NCBI RefSeq assembly: GCF_009834535.1
Contig: NC_045697.1
Location: 110,610,001 to 110,674,000, forward strand
Source of the DNA: Camelus ferus
Lineage: Eukaryota
DNA length: 64,000 nucleotides
Direction of reading: 5' to 3'
Of this stretch, positions 53,418 through 64,000 are shown piece by piece (position 1 is the stretch's first letter; each line of letters begins with the position of its first letter). The position numbers were made by a program, and so were the translations under genes. The notes beneath the pieces were generated by a model. It had not been told where the DNA came from. It ran no database searches and was given only the letters and a program-made list of their open reading frames with translations.

Positions 53418-53761
53418 AGTCATCCCTCCATATCTGTAGGTTCCACATCTGCAGATTCAACCAACCATGGTCAAAAATATTAAAATAAAATTCCAGAAAG
53501 TTCCAAAAAACAAAACCTGAATTTGCTGCATGCTGACAACTATTCACATAAAATTTACATTGTATCTACAACTATTCATATAGCATTTACATTGTGTTAG
53601 GTAGTATAAGTTATCTGGGGATAATTTAACTTATACAGGAGGATGTGTGTAGGTTATATGCAAATACTACACCATCTTATATAAGGGACTTGAGCATTCA
53701 CAGATTTTGTTATATGTGGGAGTCCCGGAATCAATCCCCTGCAGATACCAAGCAACTACTG
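53418..53761 (-). mobile_element. MER2-like Tigger-family DNA transposon
   Basis: Minus strand ggtatctgcaggggattgattccgggactccc...gctcaagtcccttatataagatggtgtagtatttgcatataacctac; TA flank. Confidence 0.85.
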
Positions 53762-54699
53762 TATAACCTTTCAGAGCTTTGTTCATATAATAGATTGTAT
53801 AATAGTATATTATAAGTGTATAATATATATATGTACATACATCAGGATATATCTACATATACATATATGTATACATATTGTGTGTGTGTGTGTATATAAA
53901 CAAAAATATAAATATGCTCATACTCTGGGAACTATTCAACTAGCTTGGGATAGTGTCACGTGGAAAAGGAGGAAGAGTCTTGGACTCCATTCTCACTTAC
54001 CTGGGTCGTGGAGGAAGTGGTGTGGCTGTGAAATCGGCAGCAGTGGCATGGCTTCCAGTTCACGCAGGGTCTTGGTCGTGGCAGGGGCAGCAGCTGCCTT
54101 GGCAGTCTGGCTCTGTGGTGTGGCTCCCTGGGTGTGCCGTAGAGTTCTTTCATTAGCCCTAACAATGATTCTATAAACTGCTTATTCCCCTGTAACTACT
54201 CTTCTTCATTAAGCTAGCTAGATTTGTCTTCTATTTTTCTGCTATGGAACTTAGACTTCCACGCTCTGCTTGCACACCTCCCCAATGTGTGTGATTTTCT
54301 TGAACCCACCATTACTTTACTTGGGAGCATGGGGACCAGGGCTCCTGTTCTCTTCTCTGGTAGAGAGAGGAGGGACAAGCCACACTGCTTCCCTAGAAGC
54401 TTACCATCTATACCGACTGATTCTCTTCTCTTCTGCTTCCTCGATCTTTTTCTTAAAAGGGTGGGGACAATGTTTCGGTGTAGCAGGATCAGTTTAGATA
54501 TCATTTAATAACTGGAGGGGATGTCTGGCCCTCAGTTATTTGTAGCTCCTTGTATCGTGAGGAGTACTTCCATCTGGAAGCCCTCATGTTTGGGTCCCAG
54601 CTGCTAATGACAAAGCCATGAAGAAGTTCCACACGACGTCTATTCCAGGGGCTACTGGAGAAATACTGATCGGGTGGTTTCAGTAGCTTGAACTCCATT

Positions 54700-55400
54700 T
54701 TTAGCAGAAGAGATGGAGATAAGCGAAATGATTTGCGCTACGTTCAGAAGGTAGAATGTAGAGCAGTAGGTGAGTGTTTGAGGGTGGAAGGGTGAAAGAG
54801 AGGGCTGTCTCAAAAGTACTCTCCAGGCCTCTGGCTGCAATAGAGAGGTGATGCCATTTTCTGAGGTCGTCAACACTGGAGGGATGGGAGTGGGACAAAG
54901 ATTACAAGTACAATTTTGAACAAGCTTGAGATGTTTTGCAGGACGTGCAAGAAGAGATCATAGTAGGATACTCAGGACAGGAAGAGAGGCTGGGCTGAAG
55001 CTGTAATCTTGGAAGGTTGTAGGTATTTGAAACGGGGTGGATGAGATTGTCTGGAGAGAAAGAAGAGCATGAAGGGCGAAGGTAGCTGCTTTTACTGTTG
55101 CTTTTATTTTAAACAGAGAAGATTTATTATGCTGGTATGTTGATGGGGAGCATTCAGTAGTGAGGGAGGGGCTGAAGATACAGCTGCCAAAGTGAGATCT
55201 CTGGGAGAGAAAAAGAAACCAGATTCAGAATATTCAGAGTGTAGAATTCAGAGGAAGGACTGGCTTTTGGTTGGCCAAAGGACAGTTTTTGTTTTTTATG
55301 TTTTGTTTTCATCCTAAGAGGAAGGAAAGAGGAAAGGTTGGCTATAGATACAGATATCTTTGTAGACATAGTTGTAAGAGGTTGAAGGACTTCCCATCTT
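54700..55400. mobile_element. L2 LINE fragments
   Basis: gaaatgatttgcgctacgttcagaaggtag, ggtgatgccattttctgag and ggatgagatt are decayed L2-like sequence. Confidence 0.55.
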
Positions 55401-56309
55401 ACGGCTGAAGTTCAGTAAGGACTCAGGAACCAAATGTCTCTTTGGCACCTATGAATCTTTCGTGTCACAGTTTTCTGAAGCTGTGAAATAAGCATAGTTC
55501 ACATTTATAGGATTTTTTGAGCAGAAACTTTGTCAGTAGTTCTTTCTTAATTTTCCTGGCCGGGGGCAGGACTTAGTATAAACCTCTACATACACCAAGA
55601 AATCAAAGGGAAAAATAATCAAAGGTTGAAAAGCCTCATAGTACATAACACTTTGAAACCTCACTTTAAGGATCAAAAAACATCCATTTTATGAAGGAGA
55701 CAAAATAATACACCTATTAGTAATTACCAGCAGATTTTATTTTAAATCAGAACTAATACTCATTGAAAAAAGACTCAACCTTTCATACCATCTTATTATT
55801 ATTATGTTTTAAAGCCACCCACTCTGAGAATCTTGACATTTTCTAGGCCAATAACTAACGAACTTCTTTTATTGTGGAACCTATGCTTAAAACTGTGATA
55901 TAAAAGACACGTTACTATGAAATTGTTAGAGGCTCACAGCAAAAGGGCTGGGACCTTGACCAAAAGGAGATGTGTCATCTGGAGGGAAGTGGTTTTCTCA
56001 GCGACGCAGGGCCCGGAGGCAGAAGGCGTGGCTAGTGATTAACTTGGAGAATAATGGCCTGAAAGCCTCGGCCGCTGTCATCATTCCCAGCACACGTCCA
56101 GGACCATCCGGTAAAGCAGCATTTTTTACTGATGTTGATGGATTTGCTACCATTTGGGCCGCTTAGCATTAGTGTTAAAAGGACCAGGCGTTTGATATTA
56201 AGAGTAAAGAGAAGGGGAGGGGTGGGGGGAGAAGAAGGGTGATTACTGCCCACTTCAGTTCCTGTTTCCAATGCCCGTGTCCTCTGAAAAGATTCTTGCT
56301 CACTTTCTT

Positions 56310-56740
56310 TCTTTTTTCTTTTAATTACAAATATCCTTTATAAATATTGATGTAAAAATCCTGAACAACACACTAGCAAACCAAAGCAGTGCATTAAAAG
56401 GGTTACACCCCATGACCCAGTGGGATTCATTCCTGAAGTTTGAGAATGGATCAACGGACAAAAATTAATCAATGTAATCTGTCACATGAATAGGATGAAG
56501 GGAAAAAAACAAAATCATCTCAACTGATGCCATAAAAGAATTTGACAAAACTCAACATCCTTTCATGACAGAAACACTTAAACTAGAAATAGAAGGAAAT
56601 TTCCTCACCACGACAAAGGCCGTCCATGAAAAACCCACAGCCAACAACGCACTCAACGGCAAAAGACTGAAAGCTTCTCCCCCACAATCAGGAACAATGC
56701 CTACCTTTGCCGCTTCTAGTTAATATTATACTAGAGGTTC
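56310..56740 (+). mobile_element. L1 ORF2 RT-domain fragment inverted relative to its T-rich tail
   Basis: Encodes DVKILNNTLAN and HDPVGFIP (L1 RT motifs); TSD ttcttgctcac at 56293 and 56741. Confidence 0.85.
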
Positions 56741-59134
56741 TTCTTGCTCACGTTTTTATCCAGTTCATGGCCAAGTTCTGGGCCTGCTGTGTTTGATCAG
56801 GACACGGGTTTTGTCTGGCTGTGGGGACCTAACTCTGCTGAGTTCATGATGTTTTAGGGGAGAGACTTATATAAATGAAAGAACTGAAGAAAAGTTGAAA
56901 GCCAAAGCTGAGTACAAATTAAATTGTGAGGAACTGAGTAAATGCTTTAAGAATTCAGTAAAAATCCTAAGCATGGTGGCTGTGGACATGAAGGAGATGT
57001 GGTGGAGGAATAAGTCTTGAAGAAGGGGGCAGGGGTGAGGTCATTTGAAAGGAGGAGAGACGCATGTCAAACAGGAGGACTGCTGTGACCGGGGCTCCCC
57101 AGAACAGACTTGAGGAAGCACCTGGTGATCCGCTCACTGCTGGGAGCCGAGGCGGCATGACGTGGAGAAAGGACAGAAGGATGAGAAGGACCAGAAGCAA
57201 CTTACTAATACATGAATGCCAGCCCAGGCCAGCCCAGTCCCGGGGTTTCCACTGCCCTTTGTGATGGATTCAGTCAGAAATTAGTGAGTCTGCAATTCAG
57301 TTTCTTCTTACTGATTCGTTGTTCATTCACTCCCTTTATTAGCAAAAAAAAAAAAAAAAAAAGAGAGAGATTCTTGGATATTCTTTGCTCAGTTTGCCTG
57401 TGTTTTAAGGCAGTTTGTTGATCAAAGCCACTCTCTAAAAGAGGATGACAGATCAAGCAGAGAGGAAGACAGGTGAAACAATAAGGTGAGGGGCGGGCAC
57501 TGTGACGGCACTGCGGGGGCCCCCCACGGCCTGGACCGACTGTGCTGGGAACTGAGGCTTATGTCATGCCCCGTGACTCTCTGGGTGTATGTATTAATTC
57601 TTAGATCAAACAGGACAATTGTGTCTAGGGGCCTTGGTAAGTCATGTTATTTGGAGGACTGTAGTTCTGAGTATTTAATCTGTGGCAGGAAGGCAGTGAG
57701 ACATTGCTTTGAAGAGTGCTGCAGACAGTCTGCCCCAGCTGGCTAATTTTCAGGAATACTCCATTGCAGTGAACTTAACCGCCACAAATTGACCAGCTGC
57801 ATCTGTTGGCATGGTTTACTCTCTCCTCGCAGAGCGAAGGCCGACCTGTCTACTTCCTTGCTTTTGATTGTTTTAACTTTCTCTTCCCCTGCCCCTTGAC
57901 TATGTCTTTCACCACAGTTCCTTTGCATTCTTATTTTTTATAATATTCTATGTATTCTCATAAGTGACCTCAAATCTTCTTTGGAAAGAGGTGAAATATA
58001 AATACATAATACTTTTCTTTTTGGTTTAAATGAGCAATTGTGAGGGGAAAAATCTAGGAGAAACCATCTGAGGGTATTTATCTGCCAGGAGGTAGCATTA
58101 AACTAACCCCTGCAGCCTGTTTTTTAAAGACTTTCCAAGAACAATAACTTGTATCTTTGTGACGCGCTTTAACATCTGATTGCACTCATGTCAGGAACTT
58201 CTTCATGTTTAAGTTCACAGGTTCCCTTTTATAAGAGCTCTTCTTTCCTTCTATCTCAGGGCTACTCGCTTCCCCTTGTTTCCAGTTCGTAGTGTCCTAG
58301 TCCAGCTTCAAACATACATACAGGAGATGCTCCCTCCCCCGTGAATTAAGTCCCTTGGGGCCTTGACCCTGGGGTACGGTGGGCACGAGACCTCGAGGGG
58401 AGGCTGAATTCTTGGTGTGTGTGGACTCAAACCTGGGGACCCTCAGTCCCACTCACCTGATGGTTAGCAGCTTGCCAGGAGAGACCCTGAGGTTTGCGCA
58501 GGCAGCCGGTTCCAGGCCTGTGGGGCTCTGCTGCGTGGTCACCAGGCCCCCGCCGTGCTGGGGTTAGTTGTATGGGGCTTCCGGACCCTTTGGGCTGCCC
58601 CTTTCAGGCTCATACATTCCAGCCCTGGGGTCTGCTGTGAGATGGGTCGGGGATGGTATCAGATATGCTCCCATCTCCTAGTCTTTCCCGCCAGCCCCTC
58701 TGTGCTATTATCCTCTTCCGCTTTAGATCTCCATCCTCAAGGATGCAAAGCACACAAAACACGGTGACCCTCTCTCTGTGGTAAAGCAGGACCACTTAGA
58801 AACACCGGACCTATTTCTTAGAATCTCTCCAGTAGGTGAGATGAGAAGCTTTTATTACATCTCGGTGAATCACTCTGTCCCAAGGAGGGAGAAAATAATT
58901 TTCCTGAGGAAGCAAAACAACAGACCCCCCCCCCCCCACCAGTAACGCTGTTATGAAGTTCTGGAAAAGAAGCAGGATTAAAAATCACTGTGATCTTACT
59001 ATAATTGCATATCACAAGATTAGAGATGATTATTAAAACCATACCATGGCCTTCTTCTTTTCTCTAGGCATAACTGACACACCCTTTTAGCCTTTTAAAA
59101 ATTAGATATTTCCTCCCCCCAAAACATAATCGAA

Positions 59135-59235
59135 AATAATGTAAAAAGAATATATGTATATGTATGTATATGTATAACAGAATCACTTTGCTGTACACCT
59201 GAAACTAACATTGTAAATCAACTACACTTCAATCA
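59135..59235 (+). mobile_element. Short L1 3' end
   Basis: gaatcactttgctgtacacctgaaactaacattgtaaatcaactacacttcaat. Confidence 0.85.
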
Positions 59236-60449
59236 TTTTTAAACTTGGTCATCTTTATTGTTTTTCTTGTATCCTTCCCCAAATCTTCATATCTTTCTTC
59301 AAAATTAGGCCCACTAGTTGGCACTCTGTGAAGGCTCTGTTTGATGCAAGGTCATATCAGGGTTCTAAATACCATTTTGGTAACCACTTGCCCTTTGAAG
59401 AATTTAATTTTGTAATGTTAATAATGGTACTGCTTGGCTAAGTCATGATCAGCTTTATTCCATGACATCCAAACAGCCAACCCTTCTTCAAGGCACCAGC
59501 ATTTCAGGTTGTTTTATTCCTTTCCTATAATAAGTATTTCCCCCAGCTACACTTGCCTGAGTGTGTAGTAATGGAGACAGGAGTGAAGTTTGAATACAAA
59601 ATGTAGGCTGCAAGTTCCTGTTACTTAGCTAGAGGTGGACCACTGATTTGTCCTAAAGATTCTGGCAGTCCATGCAAAAAGAGGGACACGCAATTAGTAC
59701 AACCCAAAGAGAAATCTTTCCAGTAGATCTTCATACAGAGAACATTGTGCAGCATCATGAGCAAATGTTTCAAAAATAATTTGCAGTAGAAGTCAAATTA
59801 CTTGTCCATATTTATATAGTGTCTGTTAATCCTCTAATATGTTAGAGATAAAATGTTTCCCTTCAAAAACAGGATAGTCTTCATTCTAGACCCAGCAAAG
59901 ACGGGTTCAAGTGCACAGAGCTTGCAATATAAAGAAATGGGTGGGAGTCAGAGCTCACAATTCAGATTGTCTTTCCATAGGCACTTTTTAAAAAAACTGC
60001 ATGTTTAAATTAGCTGTTTAATGTGAGAATGCATGTATATGCCCCAGTGAGAAGTGAGACCTGTGACTGTGAAACAGTTGGATTTGGTTTATAAAGTCCT
60101 GGAGAATGAACCTCCCAAATGTTCCAGAAAATGTTCTAGATCTGCCTTCATTTATATATGAGGCAGCTAGAAAACTACAAGAAGAAAAATGACAGCTAGC
60201 TAATAACTTCCCACAGGGATTCGTTAGATCTGAGGTTTTTGAGGACAATATACATTGGCATGTGAAATTAAGTACAGTAACTTTTGGGGAATTGTAATCA
60301 TGACAATGAACTTGCAACAACATGGACGATTTCCCTGTTGCACTGGACTTGCCTGGTGCCAGCTCACTTCCCAGCTCTGTGATCAGTGACTTCTTGCTGA
60401 TAGTTTGAAGTCATTCAATTGTTAAAACTCTGCCAGCATACCACTGGAT

Positions 60450-60770
60450 GAATTTCTCAAATAGAATGTCGAGCAAATAAAGCTAAAGAGTGTAGAGAAT
60501 ATGATTCCATTTATATGTAAACCACAAAGAAAGGCCAACCTGATCTGTATTTGTAGAGGTAAGGATAAATGACTACCATTTGGGGGAAGGGTGGTGAATG
60601 GGAGGAGTATGTGGTGGGCTTCCAATGGTGTTGGTAGGATTCTATTTCTTGATCTAGGTGCCATGGCATCATGGATGTGTCCACTTTTTGAAATTTCATA
60701 CACATGTACTCTTATGAGTTTCATATGCTTCTGTGTGTATTACATCCTTCAATAAAAAGTTAAAAATAAC
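60450..60770 (+). mobile_element. Old L1M 3' fragment
   Basis: atgattccatttatatg...tctatttcttgatctaggtg...ttcaataaaaag. Confidence 0.7.
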
Positions 60771-62129
60771 AAAAAAGTAAGCAAATAAGCTCCTAAATTA
60801 AAAATAAATCAACAGGATGAAAGTTTACAAAACAAAACAAAACAAAGATAGACAAAAGAAGTATAACAGAAGGCAATGAAATCCACTCAAAGCAAAAGTC
60901 TTTCTGCAAGAAGTGGGTGTCATGGTGTTTGACACATTGCAGGTATCATTAAATACTTGTGGAAACGATGAACAAGTCAACATTTCTTTAAAAAATCTTC
61001 CTTCAGTCAACGCTTCAAATACATTATTTCAAACACTCCTATAGCAGCTTTTTAAAATTGTGTTAGCAACATAAAATATTTTCTAGTTCTGCATTAAAAG
61101 ATTATCAATTCTCTTGTTATAGACATTTTCTGCAATCACACTTACATTTATAGCATACGATATGAGACAGGCAACCCAAATAATGAACTATCTGGAAATA
61201 ATTTGACACACAATGTGCCAAAGAATGAGATAGCAATTCCCCCATTTACAAATAAAAATGGTTCAAAGAGCCTCTTGTATATTTACTAGTCCACTGTGAC
61301 ACTTACACAAATGACTGGTGATGCCATCTGTTGGGTATGGATAGATCTGACTTCTTAATTTCCATGAATATCTCTTTTTGGTTTTATGAAAGTTTGATAA
61401 TTCATGTTCAAAACAAGAACAGCTTTCGTGGGCTGCCTGGCATAACCACCCCTCTTAGAATTCATCCATTAACATGGGCAGAAGATTTTATTTTATTAGA
61501 CAAACAAAACAAAATTATTTATTCATATAAAAATACTGTATAATGTAATACAAGACAATATGACATGATATATTTTTTTCATCTTTTTTGCTAAACTTCA
61601 TAAAATTATGTCTTAATGAGGAAGACGGAATTAATAAGGAATTGGTTACACTCTATTACATATCTTTCGGGGAGCCATTCATAAGTACTCTCAGCTAAGC
61701 TTCTGATAAATATACAGTGACTGTGAGTTTGGGGTTATACTCTCTGATAAATACCCGGAGTGCAGCTCATTTCTGTTGCTGATTACGTTAGAAACCATAT
61801 GATTTTACAACCAGAGACACTGGAGGTCAGCTAGACATCCCATTAGAAATGTTAAGAAGCATGAAAAACCTCTTAAAATCTAATATTAATAGGAAAAGTG
61901 GCCCCTAAGTGCTGTGGTAATGTAGCTAAACACATTTTCTCCCCATTTGAGAACTCTAATATTTTCTCTCTATTGCTTGACTGATTTAAATTGTACCTAA
62001 GAATCTACAATATGAGAACAGCCCTTTATTAGGCAAGATTTAATTTCTTTTTGGGCTCAACATCCATAAAGTGGAGATATTGATAGCTCAGAAATATTAT
62101 GAGGTCGAATATACATACATATATACATA

Positions 62130-62455
62130 TATACACATGTAACTTGCAATTAAATCATAAAAGGGCAATAAATATCAAAACTGATCACTTCCTGATTATT
62201 TGATTATATTTTACTATTATCTGTGTTCATGAGGCTATTTACTTTATTATTGTATCACCAGGATAGAAATTCTATATAATTTCCTGCTACCACACATCTC
62301 TTCCCAACTCCATGTGCACTGATGTAATAGCTTGAAATCGGCGACAGTGGGATATCTGTGCCATGGAGAGGGACAAATGCTACAAATCAGTACCCTCCCT
62401 CCCATCCAGCCGTCCTCTCTTCTCCAATTGTTAAACATTTACCAGCCCATCACTG
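62130..62455 (+). mobile_element. MER63B-like element
   Basis: atcacttcctgattattt...cacatctcttcccaactcc...tagcttgaaatcggc...ttgttaaacatttaccagcccatcactgg. Confidence 0.85.
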
Positions 62456-62840
62456 GTTTTAATGATGGTTAAATGTGATGCTGGGTCTTAATTCTTTTGA
62501 ATAACGCTTAGTCATGGGATAAGTGGAAACAGTGTAACAAGACGCTGTGAGGTATCTGTTGAGATTCTTCTTTCTTGCTCCCAAAGGTGACAAGATGAAT
62601 AGGGAATACAAAAGGAGTAGGAGCCTGTTGAGAACAAAATTATGGACTTCCTGAGCTCAGCTTGGAGAAGAGTCAGATCTTGACTGAGATGCCAGTTCTG
62701 CACCAGATGCTAAGGAGGCTCTGAGCATGGAATAAGAAGGCACCAGGGAATTAGGAGAGACCACCTTCTGTGGAGAGGGAAGTGTTCTTAAAGAGAAGCT
62801 GTCTGCATCTGTCCCCTTCACCACCTCTTGGGACAAGAGT

Positions 62841-63364
62841 GCACTTAGTTGATAGACATCTTAGCCGAGACCACAAAATTTGTGGTGTAAGACACACAAA
62901 TTATCTATTTTTTATTTAACAAATTATTCATTATCTTACAGTCTTGGAGGTCAGGAGTCCAAAATGGGTCTTAGGGACTAAAAATCAAGCTGTCAGCAGA
63001 ACTGCATCCCTTCTGGAGGATCTGGAGGAGAATAAATTTCCTAACTTTTCCTTCTCTCTCCAGAACGTAGAGCCCACCATTCTGGCATCTGGCCCCTTCT
63101 TTCATCCTCAAAGGGCTTATCTCCAACCTCTGCTGTCATTGTCCTTTACATCTTTTCTCACAACTTTGACCCTCTTGCCTCCACCTTATTAGGGTCCTTG
63201 TGATTTTACTGGACCTGTTCAGATAATCCAGGATAATCTTCTCATCTTAAAATCATTAACTGCATAGCATCTGCTAATTCCTTTTGCCTTGTAAAGTAAC
63301 ATATTCACAGGTTTGGGGATAAGGATGTGAACATCTTTGGGGAGCTATTATTCTCTCTGCCACA
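62841..63364. mobile_element. MLT1 LTR
   Basis: ttatcttacagtcttggaggtcaggagtcc...gataatccaggataatct...gtaacatattcacagg...ctgccaca. Confidence 0.85.
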
Positions 63365-64000
63365 ATGTTATATTCTCAGTCTGGATGTCCACTCAGTTGT
63401 CAGTCTTGTTGACTTGCTCACAGGCTCCCAGAATTGCAGAAAGCTCAGTATGGTCAGGCAGAGACTACCCTCTTGAATTTATATTCCCAAATAGTCTGGA
63501 ACTATGGAACTGCTCCCACAGCCTGAGAATTAGGGTAATAAGGAATGAATGAGACCAAGATGTACGTTCACTGGGACCAACACAGTGTGGGGCAATAAGT
63601 TCAAATGCTGGAGGAATGGGGCATGGGGCAGCTGGTTGGACCAGCCTGAAAATGTAGCTCAGTAGTGCAAGGGACCACTGATTCTATGGAAATAGTCTCT
63701 GTGGAATTCAGTACCCTGTTGACAAGGTCTTCTGGGGCTTCCACTCATGCCTGTGGGCCTGAGAACAATAATCCAGGTCGGTGTGATTATAAACAGAAGA
63801 AGAACCACCACCATTAACATAAGGTTTCTTATAACCAACAAAGAAAAGGACAGTCGAGCCAAAGGAGTCAACTTACCATGAAAGAAAATGGCTTTTCCAC
63901 TCCTCTTCCCAATGCCGGGGCAATGCATGTAAGGAAGAAAGGAGCTCTTTCCTAAGAGCAGGTCATTTCTGTGCCTCTCCCAGCTCCACTGCAATTCAGT

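Noticed and set aside
54190..54700. Coding-like minus-strand stretch (HPFKKKIEEAEEKRISRY)
   Set aside because: I could not match it to any family; only a BLASTx search could rescue it.
14..63994. Remaining ORF-track entries as host genes; CRISPR or other prokaryotic systems
   Set aside because: The ORFs are short, often in repeats, with no recognisable domains. The DNA is mammalian and has no spaced repeat array.
63878..64000. Possible minus-strand exon ending at CATG|GTAAGT
   Set aside because: A lone donor consensus with an unrecognised peptide and no supporting exons.

Overview
Mammalian, repeat-rich non-genic DNA, most likely camelid (three vic-1-type tRNA-derived SINEs; I saw no Alu, Bov-tA/BovB or PRE-1). 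I recognised no host protein-coding exon. The main find is a ~4.7 kb minus-strand block (28425-33124) that reads by hand translation as a heavily decayed endogenous filovirus-like element. It contains a candidate leader, a full-length nucleoprotein (NP) pseudogene collinear with ebolavirus NP from MDFQILQRGL to QHH-stop, a filovirus-like gene-end/gene-start junction with a 5' hairpin, and a 3'-truncated second gene that fits VP24 best (VP30 as alternative). VP35, VP40 and GP are absent. The block abuts a truncated MIR, has a degraded 15-bp TSD and was later interrupted by L1 pieces. The rest of the window holds a cluster of solo ERV LTRs (4-21 kb), L1 fragments, MLT1, MER63, MER20, MER5A, MER2, MIR, L2 and microsatellites. 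All protein alignments and repeat family names were made by eye against remembered sequences and need tBLASTn/HMM/RepeatMasker confirmation.
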